NCBI GenBank assembly: GCA_965223325.1
Contig: CBDCWI010000002.1
Span: forward strand, 4,064,001-4,128,000
Direction: 5' to 3'
From: Candidatus Multivoradales bacterium
GTDB taxonomy: Bacteria > Acidobacteriota > Thermoanaerobaculia > Multivoradales > Multivoraceae
Length of the DNA: 64,000 nt
This document shows positions 49,278 through 62,555 of the stretch, piece by piece (positions within the stretch are counted from its first letter, which is position 1; each line of letters begins with the position of its first letter). A model generated the notes under the pieces. That model saw only the letters and a program-made list of their open reading frames with translations, was not told where the DNA came from and ran no database searches. The position numbers and the translations under genes were made by a program.

Positions 49278-50210
49278 AGTCGGCAAACGCCACGGAGCGC
49301 TTGCGCCGACGCCCCGCTTTGTGCAGGCCAGGGGAGAGGCATCGTTGGGAGGGGGTGTGGTTTGGAGGAGTAGCAACCGCGAGGTCGCCGCCAACCTCGG
49401 GACGGTCCACCAGGCGTGAACACCAAGACTGCACCCAGCGACGCGCAGTCCGTGGGGTTAGCGCGTCCGGAGAGGCGCGCGACGATCCCTCGTCTACGAC
49501 GATCGCTGCTGCAGGGGTACGGCTTCTGCAGTCGGCAAACGCCACGGAGCGCTTGCGCCGACGCCCCGCTTTGTGCAGGCCAGGGGAGAGGCATCGTTGG
49601 GCGGGGGTGTGGTTTGGAGGAGTAGCAACCGCGAGGTCGCCGCCAACCTCGGGACGGTCCACCAGGCGTGAACACCAAGACTGCACCCAGCGACGCGCAG
49701 TCCGTGGGGTTAGCGCGTCCGGAGAGGCGCGCGACGGTCCCTCGTCTACGACGATCGCTGCTGCAGGGGTATGGCTTCCGCAGTCGGCAAACGCCACGGA
49801 GCGCTTGCGCCGACGCCCCGCTTTGTGCAGGCCAGGGGAGAGGCATCGTTGGGAGGGGGTGTGGTTTGGAGGAGTAGCAACCGCGAGGTCGCCGCCAACC
49901 TCGGGACGGTCCACCAGGCGTGAACACCAAGACTGCACCCAGCGACGCGCAGTCCGTGGGGTTAGCGCGTCCGGAGAGGCGCGCGACGGTCCCTCGCCCA
50001 CGACGATCGCTGCTGCAGGGGTATGGCTTCCGCAGTCGGCAAACGCCACGGACCGCTTGCGCCGACGCCCCCCTTGGGGGACCCGGGGGGAGAAAGACGT
50101 TGATTCTGGGTGTGGTAACGACGTCTTCCATGCACGAGGTCGCCCCCGCAACCAAATCACTCCACAATCAACGGCACTCCCATCATCGACAAGACCACAC
50201 CCAGAATCAA
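49278..50210 (-). repeat. Stop-codon-anchored element copy D with 3 x 252 bp tandem array
   Basis: IR arms at 50194-50210 and 50100-50116 (TTGATTCTGGGTGTGGT); AGTCGGCAAAC recurs at 49278, 49530, 49782, 50034; family motifs on the minus strand. Confidence 0.93.
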
Positions 50211-50981
50211 TCAGAACTGAACCTTCTGGACAAAGAAGTCGGAGGGAGAGACTTTGCCTTCAGCCAAGGCCTTCGCGTCGGCCGGCCCGATGAGGAACTG
50301 GCCAGAGCGTTCGTTGCTCCGGTCGACCATGAGGACTTCGAAGGCCGCGAGCTGGCGATGGGCTGGTTTCACTTCGAGGAAACCGTGGGCGACAGCTTCG
50401 AGAGCCTCGAACACTTCTTTGGCTCCCGGTGCCTGCAGGTGAATCACCGCGCGGTCGGCGCTCGTGCCCTGAAAGACTTCTGGCCGGCGGATGCCGCGGT
50501 TCTCGAGCGCCTTGACAATGGCCTCGGCGAGCCCCGCGTCGGGGAGCCGCTCGCGACGGAGGACCTGCAGATCTGGATAGCCGGCTCGGGTCTTGCGGAT
50601 CTGAGGCCCAGAGTTGCTGCGGCCTGTGCTGAGCCGTCGACTGCCGATCGCGGCCCCGGGTGTCTGGTTGTTTCGGTTGACGTCGCTCGTGGTGAGCGGC
50701 CTGGCGCCGTCGTCGCCCAGGACCCTTGTGCTGTTGCCGAGGTTGTTGGTGTTGAAGCTCTTGGTCTTCTCGACGTCGACCTCAGATAGCGGGATCGAGG
50801 TCTGTGAGCCATTCGTGCGGGTGAAGAAGGCGCGGTCCCCGCGCACCTCGTAGGGGCCCTGGGCGTCGATCTGTTGACCGGTCTTGAGCACAATCGTGTA
50901 GGCCGAGGCGAGAGCGGCGAAGAAACTCGAGATCACAAAGACGATGAGAACGACGCGGACAGGGAAGAGAAGACGAGACAT
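50211..50981 (-). CDS. Secreted hypothetical protein
   Basis: Signal peptide (ALA-SA), GGAG RBS, GC3-biased codons. Confidence 0.7.
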   Translation of the reverse strand: MSRLLFPVRVVLIVFVISSFFAALASAYTIVLKTGQQIDAQGPYEVRGDRAFFTRTNGSQTSIPLSEVDVEKTKSFNTNNLGNSTRVLGDDGARPLTTSDVNRNNQTPGAAIGSRRLSTGRSNSGPQIRKTRAGYPDLQVLRRERLPDAGLAEAIVKALENRGIRRPEVFQGTSADRAVIHLQAPGAKEVFEALEAVAHGFLEVKPAHRQLAAFEVLMVDRSNERSGQFLIGPADAKALAEGKVSPSDFFVQKVQF

Positions 50982-51219
50982 AGGAGTGGGCCCTCGGAGT
51001 GACAGCGGCGGGAAGGAGTCAGGAGGCGGGTTCGGGGCGCTCGGAGAGCGGTACGACCTTTGATTCTACCCTTTCCGGGCTTCCCGAGAAAACACCAGGC
51101 GTCGCTACCGAACGTTGCGGGGCGCAGCCACCTGATCCATCCACCACGGACTGCTAATGTCCGGTCCGGCAGACGCTTCTCCAGATCGCTTCACTCAACC
51201 TTCCCGGCGGGTTTTCTCC

Positions 51220-52353
51220 ATGAACCAGAGCAATGCTTTTCTCCTCCTGGAGGACGGGAGTTTGTTTCCCGGGCGAGCGGTGTCTCCAGGAACACGGTTT
51301 GGCGAAGTGGTCTTCAATACCGCCATGGCTGGCTACCAGGAGATCGTGACCGACCCCTCTTATCGAGGCCAGATCGTCGTCATGACCCAGCCTCACATCG
51401 GCAACTATGGAACCGCGGAGTTGGCTGAGGAATCGGGGCGCCCATGGGTCGAGGGCTTTATTGCTCGGCAGTTTGCGGCCGCGCCGTCGGGCACTGTTGG
51501 AGTCGACGGTTCGACCGGCGCGGGTAGTGAAGGTCTAGGCGACTACCTGGTTCGGCACGGCGTGCCGGCGGTCGAGGTCTACGACACGCGCGCGCTGGTC
51601 CGGCGGCTGCGGGAACACGGGTCCCTACGCGGGGTCCTGACGACGGAGCGCGACGATCGCGATGCGCTGCTCGAAGAGCTGCTGGCTTTTCCAGAGATGA
51701 TCGGTCGCGCTCTGGTCGACGAGGTAACCACCGCCGAACGCTACACAGTCGAGGCACTCGGCGAGGAGCGCTTCCATCTGGCTCTCTACGACTTTGGTGT
51801 CAAGACCAACATCGTGCGCTGTCTTGCCGAGCTGGGCGCGCGCGTAACGGTGCTACCGGCGCGCACACCGGCGGGGGAGTGCCTGGCACTCGAGCCCGAC
51901 GGGATCGTTCTTTCCAACGGACCAGGCGACCCCGAGGCGCTCGCTGGCATCGTCGACGAGGTTCGCAATCTGCTCGATAGAGGGATTCCTGTTCTGGGCA
52001 TCTGCCTCGGGCACCAGCTCCTCGGGCTCGCCCTTGGTGGAAGAACCTTCAAGCTCAAGTTTGGCCACCACGGCGGCAATCAACCGGTGCGTGACGAGGT
52101 CACCCAGCAGGTAGCGATCACCAGCCAGAACCACGGCTTCGCCCTCGACCCGGAGAGTCTGCCGGCAGAGTGCCGGGTGACCGGCATCAATCTGAACGAC
52201 GGGACGGTCGAATCCTTCGAAGTCCAGGGCCGACCGATCTTCTCGGTGCAGTACCACCCCGAAGCGGCTCCCGGTCCGCACGATGCGGCGCGGGTCTTTG
52301 GTGATTTTCTGGGGGCGGTCGCCGATCGCCGCCCCTTGCCAGCGGGAGTGTGA
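51220..52353 (+). CDS. carA: Carbamoyl-phosphate synthase small subunit
   Basis: GEVVFNT..GYQE..TDPSY, SNGPGDP, GICLGHQ, QYHPEA. Confidence 0.96.
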   Translation: MNQSNAFLLLEDGSLFPGRAVSPGTRFGEVVFNTAMAGYQEIVTDPSYRGQIVVMTQPHIGNYGTAELAEESGRPWVEGFIARQFAAAPSGTVGVDGSTGAGSEGLGDYLVRHGVPAVEVYDTRALVRRLREHGSLRGVLTTERDDRDALLEELLAFPEMIGRALVDEVTTAERYTVEALGEERFHLALYDFGVKTNIVRCLAELGARVTVLPARTPAGECLALEPDGIVLSNGPGDPEALAGIVDEVRNLLDRGIPVLGICLGHQLLGLALGGRTFKLKFGHHGGNQPVRDEVTQQVAITSQNHGFALDPESLPAECRVTGINLNDGTVESFEVQGRPIFSVQYHPEAAPGPHDAARVFGDFLGAVADRRPLPAGV

Positions 52354-53654
52354 GCTCGGTCTCTCTCAGCCAGGGTTCAAGGCGGGCCGCTGGTTCGAGG
52401 CCACGGGCTCGCGGTGCGACGGCGGATCTCGCGCGACGCTATCTTTTCGGGGCGCGCAGCCGATTGCTCACCGGTACAACGCGAGCAGCCCTGGGTTCGA
52501 CCGGACTCGGAGTGACCGCCATGGTCGTGGCGATGGCACTGATGACCGGCTACACCGCGGAGCTCAAGCGCAAGCTCGGAGAGGTCGGCGCGATTCAGGT
52601 GACCTCGCAGCTGCCTCCTGGTTTCGGCGAGGAGGCGCTCGGCCCGGGTGATGCGCGTCCAGAGGACCTGCTCGAGCTCGCTCGGGTGCACTCGGTCCAG
52701 AAGGTGGTCTTTGGCCAGGGGGCGATTTCGACCCGCGGTGGCAAGAGCCTCGATGTCGTTCTGCGAGGTGTCGAGGAGGGTTCAAAGAACTTCGGAGTGG
52801 ACTTGGAAGCCAATCCTGAACTGCTGACCGGCGGTGCCGGCATGGCCGGTTCGCCCGGTGAGAGGGTGATTCCGGGGGTCCTTCTCGGCCAGGAGCTGGC
52901 CCGCCGACTCGGTGCTTCTCTAGGAGACCGGCTCGAGCTGGTGGCTGTGGGGCTCGACAACGGGGTGCCGCGTTTCCGCTACCGCACCCTCGAGTTCACC
53001 GGTACGTTTGCGACCGGCTTTGCTGAGTTCGACCAGGGCTACGCGATGCTGGGCGCCGATCAGCTGGCACTGCTTGGCGGCGGGCTGACGGTCTACGAAG
53101 TTGCGGTCGACGACTTTGATCGGGTTGTCGAGGTCTCCGACGAAGCGCAGCGCTTGCTCGGGGATCACTGGTTCGTCTCCGACTGGCTGCGCCAGAACCC
53201 CGGCCTGTTCACTGCCCTCCGGCTTCAGAAGCTGCTCTTGTTCCTCACCCTCAGTTTGATCGTCGTCGTTTCAACCTTCAACGTGGCCTCGACTCTGGTT
53301 GTGCTGGTGCGGGAGAAGATGCGCGATATTGGCATCTTGACCGCGTTGGGAATGCGCCCGCGCCAGATCGAGATTCTCTTCCTGGCCTGCGGAGGTTTTC
53401 TCGGAATGACAGGAACCGCGATTGGTCTCCTGGTCGGCTCTACCATCGCCTGGCTGCTGACAACCTTCCGGGTGATCCGCTTCAACTCCAGTGTCGCCAA
53501 GATCTACTTCATCGACTGGGTGCCGTTCGAGGTGCGAGTGCTCGACTTGGCGGCCATCGCGTTCTTCGCGACCGTCGTCACTCTTCTGGCCAGCTGGATC
53601 CCCGCCCGCCGCGCGGCACGAATCGATCCAGCGCAAGCGCTTCGCTATGAGTAG
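52350..53654 (+). CDS. LolC/E-type ABC transporter permease
   Basis: Periplasmic MacB domain, [29 protein letters not shown]. Confidence 0.88.
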   Translation: MSSVSLSQGSRRAAGSRPRARGATADLARRYLFGARSRLLTGTTRAALGSTGLGVTAMVVAMALMTGYTAELKRKLGEVGAIQVTSQLPPGFGEEALGPGDARPEDLLELARVHSVQKVVFGQGAISTRGGKSLDVVLRGVEEGSKNFGVDLEANPELLTGGAGMAGSPGERVIPGVLLGQELARRLGASLGDRLELVAVGLDNGVPRFRYRTLEFTGTFATGFAEFDQGYAMLGADQLALLGGGLTVYEVAVDDFDRVVEVSDEAQRLLGDHWFVSDWLRQNPGLFTALRLQKLLLFLTLSLIVVVSTFNVASTLVVLVREKMRDIGILTALGMRPRQIEILFLACGGFLGMTGTAIGLLVGSTIAWLLTTFRVIRFNSSVAKIYFIDWVPFEVRVLDLAAIAFFATVVTLLASWIPARRAARIDPAQALRYE

Positions 53655-53992
53655 ACCCTCTGCGAAGGTGGTCTGGTCAGGGGCCAATCACGACCACCTC
53701 GAGGCGGCGTCGGAGTGAACATTCAACGCTCGGCAGACGTAAGAAAGAATGCACGACGGCAATCAACCGTCGTCCCGCCGAGCTCCAGCCGACCACCGTC
53801 CGGTGCCCGGATTTGAGGCTCACGAGACGACCCCAGCCCAACGGGGCGGGTCGTTCCTCCCTCCCAACCCAACACCACCGCGACGCCGCCGACCTGGCGG
53901 CCCGCGCGTCCATCGAATGGCCGGCCGGAGCGATCCGACCGGCCCTTCCCTCGTGGCCCTCTGAGGCAGAGGACGCTCCTGAGCAACCTTCG

Positions 53993-54154
53993 TTGAAGCC
54001 ACTTGCGACCGAACCGGGACTCTGTGCCCGCTGCCTGCACGCGCGTCTGGTGCACGCGCGGTATCCGCAGCTGCCGGTGGCCGCTCGTCGTGGCTTCCGA
54101 GAGCGCGACGAGGAGGGGCCGATTCCAGAGTTTCGGTCGCCCGCCGAACGCTAG
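53993..54154 (+). pseudogene. Probable remnant of a small Cys-rich protein
   Basis: GLCARCLHARLV-HARYPQLPV with a 10-bp direct repeat TGCACGCGCG at 54036 and 54051. Confidence 0.35.
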
Positions 54155-54262
54155 AACGGCCGCACCTGGTCGCGGCTCAGACCGCTCTGCCGTGCCGTCG
54201 CCGAAGAAACCTGAAGTTCGTCCGTTCGCGAGCCGCTGTGGCTGTTATATTCCCGCACCGAT

Positions 54263-57484
<3,222 letters not shown>

Positions 57485-57529
57485 CCCGAATCGGCCCGAG
57501 CTCAGCCGCTCTTTCTACGGAGACCAAAG

Positions 57530-58918
57530 ATGGCGACACGCATTGAGAACGACAGCCTCGGCGAGATCGAGGTTCCGAGTGATGTCTACTACGGCGCGCA
57601 GACAGAGCGCGCTCGACAGAACTTTCCGATCAGCGGCATCGGGATGCCGCCGCGTTTTATCAAGGCTCACACGCTGATCAAGCGCGAGGCGGCGCGCGTC
57701 AACGCTGACATCGGGGTGATTCCCGAAGAGATCGCCGAAGCCATCATCCAGGCCGCAGACGAAGTGCTCGACGGCCAGCACGGTAACAACTTTCCCGTCG
57801 ATGTCTTCCAGACCGGGTCAGGAACGTCGAGCAACATGAACGTCAACGAGGTGCTGGCGAACCGCGCGATCGAGATCCTCGGCGGCGAGATGGGTTCGAA
57901 GAGTCCCGTTCATCCGAACGACCACGTCAACCAGGGCCAGTCCTCGAACGACTCGGTGCCGACGTCGATTCATATTGCCGCCTACCAGGCAGTCGAAGAA
58001 GAGCTCCGCCCCGGGCTCGAGCGCCTGCAAGCGTCACTGGCTGCCAAGGCCGAAGAGTTCGACAAGGTCGTCAAGATCGGGCGTACTCATCTTCAAGATG
58101 CCGTGCCGGTTCGCCTGGGTCAGGAGTTCTCCGGTTATGCACAGCAGGTCACCAACGGGCTGGCGCGCGTCGACGCTTGCCTGCCTCGCATCGCGGAGCT
58201 CGCGCTCGGTGGCACCGCGGTTGGTACTGGTCTCAATGCGCGACCTGGGTTCGCCGAAGACGTTATCGCCGGGATTGCAAGGTCGACCGGTTTGCCGTTC
58301 GTCTCGGCGCCGAACAAGTTCGAGGCGCTGGCAGCCAAAGATGCGGCGGTCGAGCTCTCGGGCGTCCTAAAGACCATTGCGGCATCGCTGACCAAGATCG
58401 CCAACGATGTGCGGTGGCTTGGCTCTGGACCCCGTTGTGGTCTGGGCGAGATGATGCTGCCCAGTCTGCAGCCAGGCAGCTCCATCATGCCCGGCAAGGT
58501 CAACCCCGTCATTCCCGAGGCGGTGCTCATGGTGTGTGCGCAGGTGATTGGCAACGACGTCAGCGTGACGACCGGCGGCATGGCGGGGAACTTCGAGCTC
58601 AACGTCATGATGCCGGTGGTCGCCCACAATCTCCTGCAGTCGATCGAGATCACCGGCCGAGCGGCTCTGCTGCTCGCGGAGCGATGCATCGATGGCCTGG
58701 AGGCCAACGAAGACCGCGTCGAAGAAATGGTCGAGAGGTCGCTTGCCATGTGCACCGCTCTGGCGCCCGTCATCGGTTACGACCAGGCGGCGGCAATTGC
58801 TAAAGAGGCGTTCGCGACGGGTCGCACGGTGCGCGAAGTGGCGTTGGCCAAGGAGGCCCTGCCGGCCGACGAACTGGCCGAGCTACTCGACCCCTTCAGC
58901 CAGACCGAGCCCGGGTAG
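57530..58918 (+). CDS. fumC: Class II fumarate hydratase
   Basis: FQTGSGTSSNMN, HPNDHVN, GRTHLQDA, GSSIMPGKVNP. Confidence 0.93.
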   Translation: MATRIENDSLGEIEVPSDVYYGAQTERARQNFPISGIGMPPRFIKAHTLIKREAARVNADIGVIPEEIAEAIIQAADEVLDGQHGNNFPVDVFQTGSGTSSNMNVNEVLANRAIEILGGEMGSKSPVHPNDHVNQGQSSNDSVPTSIHIAAYQAVEEELRPGLERLQASLAAKAEEFDKVVKIGRTHLQDAVPVRLGQEFSGYAQQVTNGLARVDACLPRIAELALGGTAVGTGLNARPGFAEDVIAGIARSTGLPFVSAPNKFEALAAKDAAVELSGVLKTIAASLTKIANDVRWLGSGPRCGLGEMMLPSLQPGSSIMPGKVNPVIPEAVLMVCAQVIGNDVSVTTGGMAGNFELNVMMPVVAHNLLQSIEITGRAALLLAERCIDGLEANEDRVEEMVERSLAMCTALAPVIGYDQAAAIAKEAFATGRTVREVALAKEALPADELAELLDPFSQTEPG

Positions 58919-60022
58919 GAAGAGCTGCGGATCGTCGCGGCTGGTTTCGGTGTGGAACTTCGACAGGCCGATCCCGAGAAGTCGAACCGCACGCTCCCCG
59001 GCGCTGGTCTTCTGCAGCAGGTCGCGCCCTATGCGGGCGAGCTCAGAAGCGTCGCGAACTGGCCGTTCGAGCGTGCGTGAGCGGGTCACCGTGGTGAAGT
59101 CCTCGTAGCGCACCTTGAGGGTGACGGAAGAGCCATGCAGGTCGCGCTTCTCGAGCCCTCGGGTCACGCGCGCGGCGAGGCGCTCGATCTCCTGCTCCAT
59201 CTGCTCGAGCTCGACCAGATCGGTGGTGTAGGTCGTCTCGGCGCTCAGGCTCTTGCGCTCGCGGGTCGTCTGCACCGGTCGGTCGTCGATACCCCGAGCG
59301 TAGCGCCAGAGCACGCTACCGTAGCGACCGAGGCGTGCCGTCAAGCGGGGGAGTTCGATCTCTCGCAGCTCGGCGATCTTGTGAACCCGGAACTCCTCAT
59401 GAAGAATGCGCTCGGTCGCCGGGCCGACGCCCATCAGCACGCGGACGTCGAGGGGTGCCAGGAAATCGAGAACGCGTCCCGGTCGAACGACGGTCAGGCC
59501 ATCAGGTTTGTTGAAGTCAGAGGCGATCTTTGCCACCAGCCGGTTAGGGGCAACACCTACGCTCACCGTCAGATTGACCACCCGACGAACCTCCTCGCGA
59601 ATCGCCTCCGCGACGCCGGTGGCAGAACCGTAGGGCCGCCAGCAGTCGGTCACGTCGAGGTAGGCCTCGTCGATCGAAACCGGCTGGATGACGTCGGTCA
59701 CGCCTCGGAAGATGTCGAAGACCCGCTCCGACTCCCTCTGGTAGCGCTCGAAGTCGGGGCGCAGGATGGTGGCGTGTGGGCACAGGCGAACGGCTTGCGA
59801 GCACGGCATGGCGGAGTGCACGCCGAAGCGGCGCACCTCGTAGTTGGCGGCAGCGACGACGCCCCGGCCGCTGGGACTGCCGCCGATGATCAGGGGCTTA
59901 CCGGCCAGCGACGGATCGTCGCGCATGTGGACGGCGGCGTAGAAGCAGTCCATGTCGCAGTGGAGAATGCGACGGTCGGGGAACGGGTCACCGACCGTTC
60001 TGTCGGCCTTCGTTGTTGTCAC
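58883..60022 (-). CDS. dinB: DNA polymerase IV
   Basis: HCDMDCFYA, YEVRRFGV, SIDEAYLD, KIASDFNKPDG. Confidence 0.95.
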   Translation of the reverse strand: MTTTKADRTVGDPFPDRRILHCDMDCFYAAVHMRDDPSLAGKPLIIGGSPSGRGVVAAANYEVRRFGVHSAMPCSQAVRLCPHATILRPDFERYQRESERVFDIFRGVTDVIQPVSIDEAYLDVTDCWRPYGSATGVAEAIREEVRRVVNLTVSVGVAPNRLVAKIASDFNKPDGLTVVRPGRVLDFLAPLDVRVLMGVGPATERILHEEFRVHKIAELREIELPRLTARLGRYGSVLWRYARGIDDRPVQTTRERKSLSAETTYTTDLVELEQMEQEIERLAARVTRGLEKRDLHGSSVTLKVRYEDFTTVTRSRTLERPVRDASELARIGRDLLQKTSAGERAVRLLGIGLSKFHTETSRDDPQLFLPGLGLAEGVE

Positions 60023-60396
60023 TTGTCTCGCAGCTTGTCGATCAGGCGACGTTCACGCTTGGTTGGGCGCCCGGCTCCTGGCTCACGCTTTGCGGGAGTC
60101 TTTCGCAGCTCTCGTTTCCATGGATCTGCGGGTGGGCGCGGGCCGGTGAGGTCTTCGAAGATCTCTCGAGCTGCGGCCTTTGCCATGGGACGGTCGGCCA
60201 GCTTGCGCACGACCAGCCGCCTTGTCCATTCGCGGTCCTTGCGGATCTCGAGCTGATCGCCGACTTTGACCGGTCGATGCGCCTTGGCGCGTTGTTCGTT
60301 GACCCTGACGCGTCCTAGCGAACACGCCCGAGTTGCTTGGCTTCTTGTCTTATAGACGCGCGCCGCGTGCAGCCAGCGGTCGAGCCGGACGGGCAC
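60019..60396 (-). CDS. hslR: S4-domain heat-shock protein Hsp15
   Basis: RLDRWLHAARVYKTRSQA, GRPTKRERR. Confidence 0.9.
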   Translation of the reverse strand: MPVRLDRWLHAARVYKTRSQATRACSLGRVRVNEQRAKAHRPVKVGDQLEIRKDREWTRRLVVRKLADRPMAKAAAREIFEDLTGPRPPADPWKRELRKTPAKREPGAGRPTKRERRLIDKLRDK

Positions 60397-60680
60397 TAGC
60401 TCTCGCGCAGGTTCTCGAGGTCGCGGTCTCGCTTCGACTCGACGCGGTCGATCTCGACTCGTAGTTCCTGATCGAGGGCGGGTGAATTGGCCGGGTCATC
60501 GGCCTTCGCCTTCTCGTTCATGATGCGCAGCTCGGCGATGCGTGCCTCGGCGCGCTGACGAATGTCTTCCATCGCCTCGCGCGTCTTGTCGTCGTAGGCT
60601 TCGTCCCGGGGCCGGTCGATGCCCTGCTCGTCGAGGCGCTCGAGAGCGGTTTCCCATGCTGATTTGATGCCGTCACTCAT
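60396..60680 (-). CDS. Hypothetical helical protein
   Basis: 94 aa, IKSAWETALERL; stop/start overlap with hslR. Confidence 0.7.
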   Translation of the reverse strand: MSDGIKSAWETALERLDEQGIDRPRDEAYDDKTREAMEDIRQRAEARIAELRIMNEKAKADDPANSPALDQELRVEIDRVESKRDRDLENLRES

Positions 60681-60851
60681 TTCTTTCCACGCCTCTTCCG
60701 GGCCCGTTCACGAGACGCGAGGATACCATCGTAAGTCCCCCCTATCATGGGTGCCAACGGCGGCCTGGACGCAGGAACGCGAGCGCGATTGGTGGCGTCA
60801 CGACGCTCGCGGCGTCCCGATCTGCCTGCTTCGCCGCTTGGGAGTGAACGA

Positions 60852-61898
60852 ATGGTCTCACGCTACGGAGTCCAACCACTAGAAAGACGGCCGAGCAGCG
60901 CAGAGTCGGCCGCGCGGGTGCTTCTCCTCTTCATCGACGGGATCGGGCTGGCGGCTAAAGCTCCAGCCAACCCGTTCTCGACGGTCGCCATGCCGACGCT
61001 CGAGAGTCTGCTGGGGGGGCCATTGACTGTTGAGACGGTCGAGCCGGCGACTGCGCTGCCAGATCCACGGGTCGTCGAGGTCGATGGCCAGACGCTTTCC
61101 GTTCTCGCGACCGGTATCGATGCGAACTTGGGTGTCGATGGGTTGCCGCAGAGTGCGACCGGGCAAACGACACTCTTCACAGGGGTGAATGCCGCCCGCG
61201 TGATGGGGCGGCACGTCACCGCCTTCCCGGGCCCACGACTGCGCGAGGTCCTGGAGCAACACTCGATCTTTCTTCAGCTGGCACGCGCGGGCAAGAAGAG
61301 CACTTTCGCCAACCTTTTCTCAGACCTCTACTTCGAACGCCTTCGCGCTCGTCGGTTGCGTATGTCAGCCAGTGTCCTGGCGGTGCGCGCCGGCTCGTTG
61401 CGCCTGCGGGACCTTAACGACCTGCGGCGTGACCGAGCCGTCACCTGGGATATCAAGCGCTGCTACGTCCAGCCCAGTGAGAGGGAGGCAGAGGCATTCG
61501 GGACCTTCGGGGCCATCACTTCAAGACTTGCGGGCCGGCACCTGAATCGCTTGGCCCAGGATCATCACTTCACGCTCTGGGAGACCTTTGCGACCGACCT
61601 CGCCGGTCACGGGCGAGGCAGCATCGCCGTTCCCGAGCTCCTGGCCGACATCGACTGCCTCATCGCGGGTGTCCTGGCGGAGGGCATGTCCGAACTGACG
61701 GTGGTGATCACGAGTGACCATGGCAACCTCGAAGATCTGAGTCACGGCAAACACACCAGGAACTGTGTGCCATTGATCGCCATCGGGAAGGATGCCAACG
61801 CGTTTGCGGAGGTGCGATCTCTGACGGATGTGACGGCGGCGATTCTGCGGGTTCTCTATGAGTCCAATGTTCGGGCGCGAGAGCAAGGCACAACCTAG
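60852..61898 (+). CDS. Alkaline-phosphatase-superfamily metalloenzyme (phosphoglycerate mutase/phosphopentomutase-like)
   Basis: FIDGIG, PQSATGQT, TDLAGH, TSDHGN, HT metal ligands. Confidence 0.8.
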   Translation: MVSRYGVQPLERRPSSAESAARVLLLFIDGIGLAAKAPANPFSTVAMPTLESLLGGPLTVETVEPATALPDPRVVEVDGQTLSVLATGIDANLGVDGLPQSATGQTTLFTGVNAARVMGRHVTAFPGPRLREVLEQHSIFLQLARAGKKSTFANLFSDLYFERLRARRLRMSASVLAVRAGSLRLRDLNDLRRDRAVTWDIKRCYVQPSEREAEAFGTFGAITSRLAGRHLNRLAQDHHFTLWETFATDLAGHGRGSIAVPELLADIDCLIAGVLAEGMSELTVVITSDHGNLEDLSHGKHTRNCVPLIAIGKDANAFAEVRSLTDVTAAILRVLYESNVRAREQGTT

Positions 61899-62022
61899 AA
61901 AGCGCGTTCTCAGGCGCGAAGCGCACGATGTGTTCAAGCGAAGATTCGCCACGCAACCGCAACCAGTGGTGGTGTCTGAGCGTCGCGACCGCTACATGTT
62001 GAGGAAGTGGTGTTGGGTACGC

Positions 62023-62052
62023 TTGACATTCAATTTGAAATGTCTGTAAGTT
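62023..62052 (+). promoter_or_regulatory. Putative sigma-70 promoter overlapped by near-palindrome
   Basis: TTGACA (62023) - 18 nt - TAAGTT; GACATTCAA-T-TTGAAATGTC dyad at 62025-62044 in an AT-rich island. Confidence 0.5.
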
Positions 62053-62555
62053 TCGTTTGTGACGAGGATTCGTTGACTCACAATGATTCGTTCACGATCG
62101 TGCGACGCTCCGATAAACGATGAACCGACAAGGTCATCGCGAACGCTTCAACACACCGATTCCCGTCACTCTGGAGTCCAGCGTCGCGCAAGACGAGGGA
62201 GAAATCGCAAGGACAGACCGAGCGAACATTCTTAGCGACCGTCCGACCTTCAGCACAGGTTCAGCAACTGCCGGATCTGAAGCAGAGGAAGGAGTCCGAC
62301 CTTTCCCATCGTGGGTCAGGGCGGGCAGCGGCCGCGATCCTCAGCAGGCCAGAAGCCCCGCGCCAACGGGGGCTCGAGGCCGTGATCGATGAACTCCCAA
62401 CCCCAGCAGAGCGCACTTGAGACCCCCTTCAGCCGCCCCGGCTCGTCGGGTGGTGTCGTCGTGCTTGCAGCTCTCAAACGCAGGAAGCAATCAAGCTTCG
62501 CTGCAGAAGCCCGTTGCCGAGGCTAGGCCCGGCTGACGGCGGAGGACTTCGTCAA

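Noticed and set aside
49162-50293. Three ~330-aa ORFs on both strands
   Set aside because: They arise from the 252-bp (84-codon) periodicity; open in several frames with no coding signature.
58883-58918. 36-bp convergent overlap of fumC and dinB
   Set aside because: Short 3' overlaps are common in GC-rich genomes.
62120-62392. 90-aa ORF upstream of the histone-like gene
   Set aside because: No clear RBS, no recognisable motif, weak codon bias.
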